Shown here: piece after piece, positions 1-12,457 of the stretch
Numbering within the stretch: position 1 is the first letter of the stretch
Layout of the letters: each line of letters opens with the position of its first letter
Assembly: GCA_012295275.1 (NCBI GenBank)
Contig: CM022677.1
Span: forward strand, 9,858,001 to 9,922,000
Direction of reading: 5' to 3'
Source of the DNA: Chrysomallon squamiferum
Lineage: Eukaryota; Animalia; Mollusca
Length of the DNA: 64,000 nucleotides
Notes under the pieces: generated by a model
The model's input: only the letters and a program-made list of their open reading frames with translations
Database searches by the model: none
What the model was told of the DNA's origin: nothing
Made by a program: the position numbers and the translations under genes

Positions 1-16
1 GTAATACTTTTATATT

Positions 17-20
<4 letters not shown>

Positions 21-112
<92 letters not shown>
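21..112. repeat. (CT)n microsatellite; one of many, e.g. 7854, 8300, 15656, 20078, 22255, 33015. (AAT)n tracts occur at 10146, 15938, 28416 and 63512
   Basis: Directly visible simple repeats. Confidence 0.98.
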
Positions 113-115
<3 letters not shown>

Positions 116-453
116 GTATATATTATGTATATTCCTTATTTATACCATCCTTATCTGACTCTTTTTGACTCTTTCTCTCAACTCATTCACTAACCTGAGC
201 TTTCTTTAAATACTATAAATAATGGATTTTAAAGATTCAGTGATTAACAAAAGACTGTATTTTCTTTGTTAATTCTGATCTCTGTTAATAAGAACTGTTA
301 TTATCATAACAAAATACCCCAAACAAAACCAGCAATATTAAAAAAAAGAATAAAATTAATAATAATAATAATAATAATAAAATAATAAAGTACTAATAGA
401 TTAGAAGCACAGTAAAACTATAATAAATAATACTGAAATATAATTTGTTTCAG

Positions 454-599
454 TGACATTAGAAAACAGGACCAACATACCAGCCAATGGGGGAGAGTCA
501 TGGGTCATAGTCAATGTCCAGCAGGCCGCTCTGTTCAGAGTGAACTATGAGACAGAAAACTGGAACGCTCTCATTAAACAGCTGGAAACTAACCACACG
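454..599 (+). CDS. M1 aminopeptidase N-like gene, internal exon A (5' part of the gene lies upstream of the window)
   Basis: tttcag acceptor ends at 453; donor ACG|gtattc at 600. Encodes ...WVIVNVQQAALFRVNYETENWNALIKQL..., matching the N..Q.G.YRVNYD..NW..L...L motif at the start of the ERAP1-like C-terminal domain. Confidence 0.93.
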
Positions 600-1322
600 G
601 TATTCACACAACACACCCAGTCATACACTACAGAAATATGCACACTCAGAAACCTAGCAAACAAACCACACGGTATTCACACAACACACCCAGTCATACA
701 CTACAGAAAAATGCACAGTTAGAAACCTAGCAAACAAAACACACCATATTCACACAACACACCCAGTCGTACACTACAGAAATATGCACACTTAGAAACC
801 TAGCAAACAAAACACACCATATTCACACAACACATCCAGTCATACACTACAGAAATATGCACACTTAGAAACCTAGCAAACAAACCACACGGTATTCACA
901 CAACACACCCAGTCATACACTACAGAAATATGCACACTTAGAAACCTAGCAAACAAACCACACAGTATTCACACAACACACCCAGTCATACACTACAGAA
1001 ATATGCACACTTAGAAACCTAGCAAACAAACCACACGGTATTCACACAACACATCCAGTCATACACTACAGAAATATGCACACTTAGAAATCTAGCAAAC
1101 AAACCACACGATATTCACACAACACACCCAGTCATACACTACAGAAATATGCAGTTAGAAACCTAGCAAACAAACCACACGGTATTCACACAACACACCC
1201 AGTCATACACTACAGAAATATGCAGTTAGAAACCTAGCAAACAAACCACACGGTATTCACACAACACACCCAGTCATACACTACAGAAATATGCACACTT
1301 AGAAACCTAGCAAACAAAACAC
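591..1322. repeat. Minisatellite, ~73 bp unit, ~10 copies, starting inside exon A
   Basis: Unit aaccacacggtattcacacaacacacccagtcatacactacagaaatatgcacacttagaaacctagcaaaca. Copies start at 591, 664 and onward. Confidence 0.95.
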
Positions 1323-1969
1323 GTATACCTCCACACACATACAAACATATACATAGACCACAACACATGTAATCAAACACAAATATACAGACACATACAT
1401 GTACATAGACTGTCTCACACATACACATACACACATGCATAATTACATGCACACATATTTATGCAAGTTTTCTGTAAATTTAGGTTGTCTTTACTACTAA
1501 TAAAGTGTGACTAAAAAGTCACAATAAACTTTAATGAAAAAGACACAAATAAAAGTCACTGTTGACTGTTATAATTGGTGTTTTACTAAGTACATTAGCT
1601 TACCTCTTAAAGTCAGTTCTCTCAATGTCTGTATCTAATACAACTGTGTGTGTTTGTGCATGTAAATGTGTGTGTGTTTGTGTGTGTGTGCATATATATA
1701 TAGGAAGAGTTTAATTCCAAAATGCGATAAATACCAAAATCAAAATTTAAAAACAAACCCAAAACACCAAATGTTCAATTTTGATGCCACCCCATAATCG
1801 TTTTCCCCAAAATTCTATATGCACTGCTGATCTATGCAGTAGACTACAGACCTTTGTTCCATGACGTGATAAACTCTAGACCAGAAATAGTCATTTTTTT
1901 CAAAACAAACAAAATGGATTTATAGCGTTTTGGAACCAAACTCTTCTTATATATATGTTGTTATTGCAG

Positions 1970-2025
1970 GATATACATACCATTAACAGAGGACAGATTA
2001 TAAATGATGCATGGAATTTAGCTAA
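1970..2025 (+). CDS. Aminopeptidase N-like exon B
   Basis: ttattgcag|GAT...GCTAA|gtaagt. Encodes DIHTINRGQIINDAWNLA(K), the conserved I...NRAQLIDDA..LA motif. Phase fits exon A. Confidence 0.93.
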
Positions 2026-2077
2026 GTAAGTTTACACCTTCTGTTCTATATGACCCAAACAACACATGATTATGATT

Positions 2078-2162
<85 letters not shown>

Positions 2163-2588
2163 CATATACATATATAATTATATACATACTTTTTATGTAT
2201 GTATGTATGTATGAATGTATTTCTATACATCTGTCATACATCCATATAATCTATATATTTATATATATTTATGATTTACATTAATATACATCACAAATAA
2301 ATAAATAAATAAATATAAATAACAGACAGCATTCACACAAATGTTATAACTATAATGTTTTCTTATCCTATTCAGCATCAGTCTGATAGAAAACTGTCTT
2401 ACACACATACAAATGTTTTATTACAGAGCTAAGTTGCTTGATCAGAACATAGTGAACTAACTATACACATAGACATAATAAAAACATATAAATGTTTTAT
2501 TACAGAGCTAAGTTACTTGATCAGAACAGAGTGAACTTACTATACACATAGCACTGATATAAACATATAAATATTTTAATTTTTTCAG

Positions 2589-2736
2589 AGCTGGTTTGCT
2601 TGATCAGAACATAGCACTTAGCACAGTGAACTATTTAGAGGAGGAGCAGGATTATCTGCCCTGGAAAGCTTTTCTAACTGAGCTGAGATACGTAGACCAG
2701 ATGCTGGAGAGAACTGATGCACTGGGATTACTAGAG
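2589..2736 (+). CDS. Aminopeptidase N-like exon C
   Basis: tttttcag|A...GAG|gtgact. Encodes AGLLDQNIALSTVNYLEEEQDYLPWKAFLTELRYVDQMLERTDALGLLE (G.L.Y..AL....YL..E..Y.PW motif). Confidence 0.92.
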
Positions 2737-3495
2737 GTGACTATTTATAGTGTCTTAGTATGAGAGATACTGAATATTTCATATTATGATATACCTCAAA
2801 AATGCAGTAATACAATAATGCACAGTGATGTATATAAAGTTAAGCTTGAAGTAGAAAAAGCACAGGTTTGTTTATATCAGTGAAAACAATTCCACCTATT
2901 CTTATTGTATTGTGGTCTGTAACTACAGACACAAAACAATTGTTTTTCTAACTTGAGAATGTGAAAATGAAACAACTAAATAGCCACTGAAGTATGTGTA
3001 TATCTGTGTCTGTATTTTCAGTACAAGAATATTTGTATTTGTGTGTGTGTATGTGTGTTTATGTATGTTAAAAATGTAGGGGAACTAGAAATGGATACAT
3101 CAGTATTGGTTATAGACGTAGTAAAAAAATGTCAGGTCTGTTTAACAGTACATGGAAACACATTCCACAGTTTGTATGTACCATGCAGTTTCCTGAACAC
3201 CTTCATGAGGTTTCAGCTCAGTATTTATATTTTCCAAGAAAGTTGATCAATCTTTGTGAATCATATTCACTTGTTTCTTTCTTTAGTCATTCTTATTCTT
3301 TGATTTTACAATTATTTTATTGTGAAGTGGGCTGTTAGCATGCAGCAGTCAGACTGAAGAATGGCCAACACCTTCAGTCAGAAATATAAATTGCTTAAAA
3401 TAAGAATAAGTCACACCAACCCTAGCATGTCTTTATTAGCAGTGGATAAACAGATACACTTTTGTTGCCATCCAAATCTTACACTCACCTACACA

Positions 3496-3533
<38 letters not shown>

Positions 3534-4120
3534 AAAGAAATGTGATTGAATTATTTCAGTTCCATCTGGAACTTCTATTACAATTTTTACTCAGTTTTAC
3601 TTATGATATTTGAATTTGTGTATGGTTACTTACACTGAGCTTTAATGTAACTGATGAATTTCTATTATGATGTTAACCATTAAGTTTTACCTTCATTATA
3701 ATTGACATCCAATAACTGATGTAGTTGTTGCTCTGTTAAATACCCATTCATTCATTCATTCATTTATTTATTAACAGCAGGTGTGTGTGTGTGTGTGTGT
3801 GATAAATCAGTCATGAAACATGTTGTAATGAGAAAGTTCAGTAGACAAGCAGATAGAATGAGCTAACTATGAGCTAGGGATTAAAGGTATAAAAGATGCA
3901 AAAACAATAAAAATAATAAAAATAATCGATGAACTAGAGGAGATGGCTTGCAGTGTGTCAGTTTGAAGTAAAGTGATAACAAAAGTATTTTTTCTAGGTT
4001 AGTGTTTTGATTTAATCTCATTTTAAAACTTTATTCAGTGTATTCCATATATTTTACTTACTTCTTAAAACTACTTACTTTTTTTATAGTTTTTATTTGT
4101 TGTTGTTTTTGTTGTTTCAG

Positions 4121-4200
4121 TTGTTTATGATTAGACTCATAGACAAGCCTCTGAGAGCTCTAGGAATGGATATAAACAACACTATGTTACCTTTAGATGT
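4121..4200 (+). CDS. Aminopeptidase N-like exon D
   Basis: gttgtttcag|TTG...GATGT|gtaagt. Encodes LFMIRLIDKPLRALGMDINNTMLPLD(V). Phases match both flanking exons. Confidence 0.88.
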
Positions 4201-4386
4201 GTAAGTTAATAACATCTTTATGTCACTTCAAATGTTTCAATGTATTTTTGTTTTATGTATTTATGTTTTTCTAAACACATTACCTTTTAATACAAATACT
4301 TACATGGTAACAATGAATAATTACTAAAAGGATTTCAGTTTAATGTACTTGTATTATGAAACTAATGAGTTGAGTATTTATTTCAG

Positions 4387-4497
4387 TTATGCGAGAGTAC
4401 AGCTGATTGAGACAGCTTGCAGATATGGACAGAGAGACTGTGTGACAAAAGCTACATCACTTGTTAACCAGTGGATGATGACAAATCATACTAATCA
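4387..4497 (+). CDS. Aminopeptidase N-like exon E
   Basis: tttcag|T...AATCA|gtaagt. Encodes YARVQLIETACRYGQRDCVTKATSLVNQWM... (AC..G...CV..A...F..W motif). Confidence 0.92.
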
Positions 4498-4828
4498 GTA
4501 AGTTTACATCATTTAGTTAGTTATTTAGTAATTTATTTATTTTAGTTTTTATTGTTTTATTATTGTTTTTAACAGAAGACATAAAAAATGCTTTTGCTTT
4601 CAATAATTATGCTATAAAATGAACTTTTTTGGTTTCTACCTCATTATGTAACAAACAGGAGGATGATGTAACTAAAATTAACTTTTCACTATTTTCACTA
4701 GTTAATGTAAATTTATGTCATTTTACATTTTCAGTATTAATGTAAATTTTACTGTTTTCAGAATTAATGTAAATCTAAGAAAGACATTTTCCTTATTTCA
4801 GTATTAATGTAAATTTTACTGTTTTCAG

Positions 4829-4996
4829 AATTGATGTAAATCTAAGAAAGACATTTTACTGTACAGCTGTTGAGAAGGGTGGCTGGGCAGAGTGGAGTTT
4901 TATTTTTGAGACATATCAGCAGACAACTGAATCAAGAGAGCGAGACACTCTGCTGTCAGCTCTCACCTGTACAAAACAGGTGTCGCTAATTAACAG
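4829..4996 (+). CDS. Aminopeptidase N-like exon F
   Basis: gttttcag|A...AACAG|gtacac. Encodes IDVNLRKTFYCTAVEKGGWAEWSFIFETYQQTTESRERDTLLSALTCTKQ (I..NLR..VYC.A...GG..EW....L..ALAC motif). Confidence 0.92.
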
Positions 4997-5484
4997 GTAC
5001 ACAATATAAATTCTATAAATTAACTGGCATAGAGATTAATGCTTCATAGTTATGTTTCTGATTTAATGAATTTTTAATCATTTGACGTTCTAAATATTTT
5101 AACTGCTGGTTTGAGTGTTTTTGAAATGTTGCTAAATAAGAGGTAACAAAAGGGAAACTCTGTCAGGATGCATGGACGCTCATTTTCTTATTATGCATAA
5201 CTAAGAGTAATGTCAGAATATCCTATCTGACTGGGTATTTGAAAAACCTTTTAACTTTCATCAGGATTTATTAATTTAAAAAAGAAAAAAACAGTTTATA
5301 CCTCAGAAATGATACGACAATGAAATGGAAAGATATTTCCATTCATTGATGAGCTTTTTATTTGATCATCATGGAATGGTTATTAGAAAAGATTCATTAG
5401 AGAAATAATATATTAGGGATTTGCACATTTAGTAGTAAAAATAAAGATGTATTTCAATTCTGTAAATGATTATTTTGTTTTCAG

Positions 5485-5619
5485 AATACTAGCGATGTCG
5501 CTAAACGAATTAACAAGGTCGGATATGTACCTGATAGTAAAGGAATTTTCTAACAGTCGACTTGCCAGTGATCTGACCTGGAATTTCTTCACAAACAGAT
5601 TCACTGAAATATCTCAAAA
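5485..5619 (+). CDS. Aminopeptidase N-like exon G
   Basis: ttttcag|A...CAAAA|gtactt. Encodes ILAMSLNELTRSDMYLIVKEFSNSRLASDLTWNFFTNRFTEISQ(K) (LAW.F...W motif). Confidence 0.88.
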
Positions 5620-6070
5620 GTACTTACCTTGTTGTCAGCTTTCTTCATTTTATTTAGTTTTAGCTTAGATTTTTCATTTTATTTCTGAAAATTTCTTAAC
5701 TTTGTTTTAGTTATTTGATTTAATAATAATATTTTTTCATTAAGATTTGTTTTTTAGATAAGAAAGTTTTAAACTTAGGACAACTGTTTACTAGAAATTG
5801 TAGTAGTAATAAATAATTAGAATCTATTTTAAAGATAGCAGAAACAGCTCGGCACATTGTTATTATTATACAAGATCCTTAATCAAAATTGCTTGGGATC
5901 AGAACTGTTTTGGATTTGGAATATAATCAGAGAACAGAAGTTAAATCTAAACCCAAAAATTTCATTCATATGCTGCTTATACAAATGGTCTGTATTGACT
6001 GGTAAATTTGTTACTGTTGTTATTGTTGTTGAAGAAGTTTACAAGTTTTAATAATGTGGGTTTTTTACAG

Positions 6071-6146
6071 AATGGGTGACCTGTACACGCCATATTTAAT
6101 TGTGGCTGTGACACAGAAGTTTAACACACAGTCTTACTACCAACAG
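6071..6146 (+). CDS. Aminopeptidase N-like exon H
   Basis: ttttttacag|A...CAG|gtaaaa. Encodes MGDLYTPYLIVAVTQKFNTQSYYQQ (..VT..F.T... motif). Confidence 0.88.
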
Positions 6147-6314
6147 GTAAAATTTTATTATAGTTTTATAGGTCACACAAGAAATTAACCTTCAGCCTGA
6201 AAGAAAACATTTTTACATCAGCATTAGCTCAGAGTATTTACTTATTTCTTAAAAGAAAGTGCAAAAATGCTAAAATTTAATTTCCTGAATTGATTTTACT
6301 CTTTTTACTTTCAG

Positions 6315-6467
6315 ATTGATTCATTCATTAAATCTGGTGTTGCAAAGAATTATGGTCCAGCATTTGAAAGTGCTAAATCTAAGACACTAATGAACATGAA
6401 CTGGCTTGAAAAGAATTATAAAATTTATTATGATTGGCTGTCTGGACAACCTGGAATGTTTGCATGA
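6315..6467 (+). CDS. Aminopeptidase N-like terminal coding exon I
   Basis: tttcag|ATT...TGA. Encodes IDSFIKSGVAKNYGPAFESAKSKTLMNMNWLEKNYKIYYDWLSGQPGMFA*, the typical N..W...N...I..WL end of M1 peptidases. Confidence 0.92.
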   Translation: MDSFIKSGVAKNYGPAFESAKSKTLMNMNWLEKNYKIYYDWLSGQPGMFA

Positions 6468-6735
6468 AGCCATCCTATTCGCTGTTTAAATGTGGAAAGA
6501 TTTGATTGGCTGTGGTAAATAATAACTGTAATAGTAAATAAATGTAACTGTGAACACTGGACAATGAAAACTGGACACAAGTCTTATTATCTTCTGATAA
6601 TATATTCTTCCTTTAATGTGCATAAATATTCTTAATACACATTTTAATATAATAATCAGTTTCATCTGAATTTCTATAATTTGTACACATTTTTTTATAA
6701 ATATATATATATTCATGAGAATTGTTATTTCTATA

Positions 6736-6745
6736 AATAAATAAA
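6736..6745 (+). terminator. Probable polyadenylation signal of the aminopeptidase gene
   Basis: Overlapping AATAAA hexamers followed by a GT/T-rich tract (tgtgtaatactttttgtttctgttg). Another AATAAA lies near 6537. Confidence 0.45.
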
Positions 6746-7850
6746 AACTCTGTGTAATACTTTTTGTTTCTGTTGTTTAAACATAATTACTGCTGTTAGG
6801 AAGTATAACTGACAATGAAACTAGCTGACTGACTTAAGACAGATCATCACTTCAGCATTCCTTACATACCAGTTTGTTTCACGTTCAAGCAGATGATAAA
6901 TATGTTGTTTATTCCTGATAAGTGAATATTTACAGTAATATGTGCAACAGAAAGCAAACTGGTTCACTGCCTTAATTGCATCTATGTATTTTCTCAATAT
7001 CTAAAATAAATAAATAAATAAATAAATAAAAAGAAATAAATAAAAATAAATAAATAACTGTGAGAGTAATTTTGACTTAGCTAGCTAGACCAAGATATTT
7101 TTTTTAGGAGCTTAAACAGTATTCACACTGAAATGTAATTTAAAACAATTAAATTAAAGAATGAGATAATAACAAAAACTATTCAAATACAAATATTTTA
7201 AAAACTATATTCTTTTTCAGAATTTTGGAATCATTCATTAAAATAAAGAGGAAAATAAATAAATAAATAATAAAATGAATAATATATAATTAAAATAAAA
7301 TTAAGTTTGTTCCTTTCAAAGTACACCATTCAGGTGATTTTATGTATTTATTTATTTATTTTTTTTTTGTTACAAAAGGAAACTTTCAAAACGTGAATGA
7401 TATTTCTGAAGAGGTACAATAAGAACAAATATTGTTAAAGTATATTAATCATTTTTTCTTTCTTTCTTTTTAATTCATTATCTAGCAGAAATAATATTTT
7501 AAAAATGTCTTACAGTTCGAACCTCGTTGAAAATAACGTAAATATTTTCCTTTATCAATAAAAAAAAACCGTTGTTTTTTGTCTCGTATCTTAAGTTAAC
7601 TTTAATACATAAAGACGAAATCTTATTTTATCGTCTGCTTTATATTTTTACGTCATATCGTGCTGCCCATTCTGTCTGTAAATACAAGACGCCGGAGAAG
7701 TTTCGAAAAATAATTGATTTATACGATTTCTGCCGGAGTTTACCGAACTAAGTACTGGCGATTTTATTACAGGGATCGTACTTAGAAGGCATCCATGTTC
7801 AACTATGTAAAATCTATGTATCTATTAAAAGCACTTTTTTATTTATTTAT

Positions 7851-7918
<68 letters not shown>

Positions 7919-8296
7919 GATTAACGTTTAGTCACCAGCGAATAAAGTTACTCGAAAATGTATTTAACTTGCTGTATTGTTTAACAAAATAATATGTTGC
8001 AGTTTAGATCTTTCATTCGCCATATTCTGCAAATGATATGTAACATTAAATTCATACAGTTTAATTGTCCACGATCAAATGTTTTATGTTGTTACGTTTT
8101 ATTATTTACTGATGTTCAAAAAAGTGTCATTCAGACCTGTACAAACCAGCCTCGCTTAGACTAATAGTATGTATGACCGTAACTAGACGTTTTGAAATGA
8201 GGCAAAAACACTTAATCGCCGAGCGGAGCGGGGCAAACCAATTTGGGCGAGGGCTCCGATTTGAAAGAATACAAATTTTATATTTAAATAAAAAAT

Positions 8297-8372
<76 letters not shown>

Positions 8373-8521
8373 GTGTGTGTGTGTGCGTGTGTGAATCAAG
8401 CTAAAAAAAAAAAATCATCTTCAGTTTCGGTATGAGGCACATGCCTCAGTAGTTATGGCCATGGTTTGTACATTAGATCACTCGATAACGTTTCAGATCT
8501 CTTAACCTACCATTTGTTAAC

Positions 8522-9826
8522 TTAAGACAGTTTATATTTTATAATCTTTCCTTTGTCCCACAGATATAAATTGTCGTACAAACCACCCAACATGGCGGCT
8601 CTCTGACTAAAGTTACTGTTGGACAAAAGTAACACTTTACATTTGCCCAGCACGGCTTGGTCCAGTATAGCCATTTCCAAACCGAGGCAGGCGTTTTTCT
8701 TATGTCTTTGTTGATCTATGTGCATCACATCACCTCCCGTGTCTAGCTCCTTGTCCTTGTACCGATTACGAGCCATTTTTCTAACCTCCTCCGAATCTGC
8801 GGCTACGAATATTTTGCTGGCGTTTTTAGAATAACGATCTAAGAAACGCCAGACCATTGGTAGATCTGAAATTTTATTGAAAACCTTCGAGTCTCTCACG
8901 CCCGTCACTCTGCTGCGACCCAGGCGAATGTGAGCACACACTAAATCACCTTTAGGTATTTTCTTTAGAAAATCGTTAATTCGCTTCTTCACGTGACTTC
9001 TATACTTCATAAGAATATTCCAACCGATGGAGAACGCACGTGCGCGACCTTTGCCCTTGGCCCACTTCGGCATCAGTTTCGAATATATTTTGTCTTCCCT
9101 TATGGAATAAAACATGTCACGATTTGTCTTCAGGTAAATGACGTCAGCAGTGTGTAGCCTGTGAAAATCTTTGGGTGAAAAATGGTTGTCCATTCCATGC
9201 ACTGTCTCTGATGAAAGTCCTTTGAGCTTCGCCGGGTCAATCACCCAGTTGACCTTATTCGGAACGTAGAGTTCACGCAAGTCGCACGGTGACGTCACAT
9301 TTATACCAAATGTCCTGTTGGTGATTACTGCTAAATAAAAGGTGGATATAATACTTCTTTGACGGTCACCCCATCCACCACATAACTTCATGCTATCACA
9401 CTGGTAAATTAAATATTTATTTCTCTTCTCTATTATGTCATTTTCAATGACGACATTGGTTCCATCCAAGGAAGTTTGTTTACTGTGATCATGAGGCTTT
9501 CGTTGATATTTTTTCTTTTTAACTAGTGTTTGTTCGTCATCATGGGGTGATTTATTATCTGGTATTTCGAAATCCCTGTTGTGCTTTTTTCTTTTCTTGT
9601 TATAAATATTAATTTTATTTAATGATTGTTCATATTCCGGAAAACGTCTGCTATTGCTATTTTTGTTCTTGTATTCCACTTGCGAGTTGTGCGGGTGTTT
9701 GATTTCTGCGAACTCGTCTATGTCAGTGACACCTCGTATTTTAATAGTGAGACTGAAGTACAGCAGAGTGAAAAACGAGCAAGCAGAAAGTACACACAGC
9801 ACTATCGCCAGCTTGTTTCTGTTCAT
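8522..9826 (-). CDS. Type II membrane fucosyltransferase-superfamily (GT-B) glycosyltransferase, paralog 1, 434 aa
   Basis: The likely start is ATG at 9826 (MNRNKLAIVLCVL...), 6 nt after acceptor tattacag|. The ORF extension to 10093 is TAT/TTG low-complexity sequence. N-terminal TM helix, basic stem, then CGGWGDRQ, TSPC, LVCAHIRLG, IFVAADS, HID, ILDQAVLGKCKVLLLSNSNFSQRAA. Confidence 0.9.
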   Translation of the reverse strand: MNRNKLAIVLCVLSACSFFTLLYFSLTIKIRGVTDIDEFAEIKHPHNSQVEYKNKNSNSRRFPEYEQSLNKINIYNKKRKKHNRDFEIPDNKSPHDDEQTLVKKKKYQRKPHDHSKQTSLDGTNVVIENDIIEKRNKYLIYQCDSMKLCGGWGDRQRSIISTFYLAVITNRTFGINVTSPCDLRELYVPNKVNWVIDPAKLKGLSSETVHGMDNHFSPKDFHRLHTADVIYLKTNRDMFYSIREDKIYSKLMPKWAKGKGRARAFSIGWNILMKYRSHVKKRINDFLKKIPKGDLVCAHIRLGRSRVTGVRDSKVFNKISDLPMVWRFLDRYSKNASKIFVAADSEEVRKMARNRYKDKELDTGGDVMHIDQQRHKKNACLGLEMAILDQAVLGKCKVLLLSNSNFSQRAAMLGGLYDNLYLWDKGKIIKYKLS

Positions 9827-10144
9827 CGTACTCTGTAATAACAATAATAATAATAATAACAACAACAACATAAATAGTAATAGTAAAAATAATAATGACA
9901 ACAACAATAAAAAATAATAATCGCAATAAGAACAACAAATAGTAATAGCAATGATAATAAAGTAATAATAATAAGAAGAACAAGAAGAGGAAATAATAAT
10001 AATAATAATAATAATAAAATTAACAGTAATTATATTAAGAAGATATACTACTACTACTAATGTTAATAATAATAATCGTAATAATAAGAACACAACAAAT
10101 CTACTAATGTCGTATTACTACTGTTACTACTAATAATATCAAAA

Positions 10145-10191
<47 letters not shown>

Positions 10192-10831
10192 TACTATAGT
10201 AATAAGTCTTAACTTTTTAAAGTGGTTTACTATTATTATTATTATTTTTGAAATCCTTTGTTGTTGTTTTTATTAAAAAAAAATTATTATTAATTTATCT
10301 TAGGAGTACAGCTGACTGATACTTCCATTTCAGTAATTTTTGAAGTATCTCTCTCTATATATATTGTTGTGTGTGTGTGTTTTCATATATATAAGCGTGT
10401 TTATATAGGAGATCAATTCTGCACGGTGTACACATTTTGATAACTCAAAGGCTGAGTGATATGATTCAAACGCTAACTCTGCTGTAGTGAATTTATTGCC
10501 TTACCTGCCTGTACACAGTATAAACTTCAATTAAAAAAAAGAAAAGAATAATAATAAAACGTTTCTTCGCCGCCAATGCGATCATCACCTAGCAACCGCT
10601 TCATTTGCATAATTCTGTTTGTTGTAACTGATATTCGCGAGTGGTTTTATACGAGATCTTTAATGTGTAGGTTGTTGCCTGACATTTTGAACTAAGGCGT
10701 TTCTCTGTAGCAAAGATTTTAATGTGTGAATTTCGAGCAGGAAGTTGCACTGTGACATCATCAAACTGTATTCGTGTTTTAATGCAGGCATTGTCATTTC
10801 TTAATATTTTTTATTTTGTTTGTTGATTGAT

Positions 10832-10866
<35 letters not shown>

Positions 10867-11207
10867 TTTTTTATTTTATTTTATTTTATTTTATTTTTAT
10901 CCTTTTTAAATATTTATTACGTTATATTATATTAAATTATATTACGTTATATTATATTATATTATATTATATTATATTATATTATATTATATTATATTAT
11001 ACTTTAATAGATTAATATAATTATTTGAATATATTATAATTTTATAACAGATTTTATTATGTTTTATTATTTTTCTGTGTTGTTGTTCATTTTTTCCCCT
11101 CATTATTTATTTGTCGATTCGGCTGTCTGTCTCTTATACCTCTCTCTTTCATCTCTTTCTCTCTTTCTTTCTTTATCTGTTTGTATTGCACATACAGAAA
11201 TAAACCC

Positions 11208-11245
<38 letters not shown>

Positions 11246-11759
11246 CCCACAACATTTATATAATGTTATATAAAAGATATATAAAAACTGAAAAGAATAT
11301 CGGTATTAATTTCAGCATTCGTAATTGTTTTTCATTTTGCCTATTTATTATTATTTTTGTCGTCGTTGTTGTTGTTGTTATATAACGTATAGAATTAATA
11401 TTTTTCACTCCCTCTTTCTGCTCTGCTCTACAAAATAATGATCTTATAAGAAACCCCAAGTCAAGTTTTCGTTACTACCAACAAATCGAAAAATGGAATA
11501 AAAATCTTCTGCGTTAAAAAAATAAATAAGTAATGTAGTAGGTAAATAAATAAATAAATAAGTAATGTAGTAGGTAAATAAATAAATAAATAAATAAGCA
11601 AATAAGTAAATAAATAAATAAATAATTAAACAAACAAACAAACAAATAAAAAATATATATATAAAAAACGAAACTCACACATAGTCAAAAATATTTTAAA
11701 TAAATAATGCTAAGAGGTTTAAATAAAAATACGCATATTTTATTGTCCCAGCCATTTTT

Positions 11760-11960
11760 AAAAAAAACAGAAAGTGATAATTACCTACCTGTGATTTTGT
11801 TGTGATTACCTTGTCTAGACGTGTTAATTACATTTTCACCTGTGTGCGTCGCCTCACGTTTCTCCGCGTTACTCACTCACACGATGTCAACTTAGTTATT
11901 CCTTACCTGTGTTTGCACCTCGGCTCAGTTAATACGCTTAACGGTATTGCTCGCGAGAGA
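11760..11960 (-). promoter_or_regulatory. Candidate promoter/first non-coding exon of glycosyltransferase paralog 1
   Basis: CpG-rich patch with minus-strand donors CAG|gtaagg (11906) and TAG|gtaatt (11784), plus CTCGCGAGA near 11950. A further donor CAG|gtaagg lies at 10504. Confidence 0.35.
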
Positions 11961-12426
11961 GAAAAAAAATAAAAGATTTATTTGACTGACAATGGAATTT
12001 GTCGATTGAGGTTCGCTGATAAAAATCAGGGTCAAATAACGGGTAGTTAGCAGGGGTAGAATTTTTTAAAACGGGTAAGTGGGTGATATTATTATTATAG
12101 CAGATCAAACCAACGATCAAAATGAATTATTATAGAAATATTTTATTATTATTATTGTCTGTAATAAGAAATTGTAAGTATAAAGAGAGGGTAGTGTGCA
12201 TGGGTATGGACCCCACCCTCAGCCCGCCATTACTCGGAGTTCTAGGGTGTGACTTGCGAAACACACTCCTTAGTTACTTTTGATAATCTGACAGAGTTTG
12301 TTGAAAACTCTCACTGTTGATATTTCACACGTTTATTATTTGTGCTATTTCTTTACTGGCCTCTTACCCGCAATACATCTGTCTGAAAATAATAATAACA
12401 GAGTCTGACAAAGGATTTTAAAAAGT

Positions 12427-12457
<31 letters not shown>

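Noticed and set aside
600-722. C-terminal part of ORF 453..722
   Set aside because: It is read-through past the exon A donor into the minisatellite. Homology continues in the exon at 1970.
9827-10093. 89-aa hydrophobic N-terminal extension of the 523-aa ORF
   Set aside because: It is low-complexity (TAT/TTG)n intron sequence upstream of a clear acceptor. The paralogs start at the equivalent downstream ATG.
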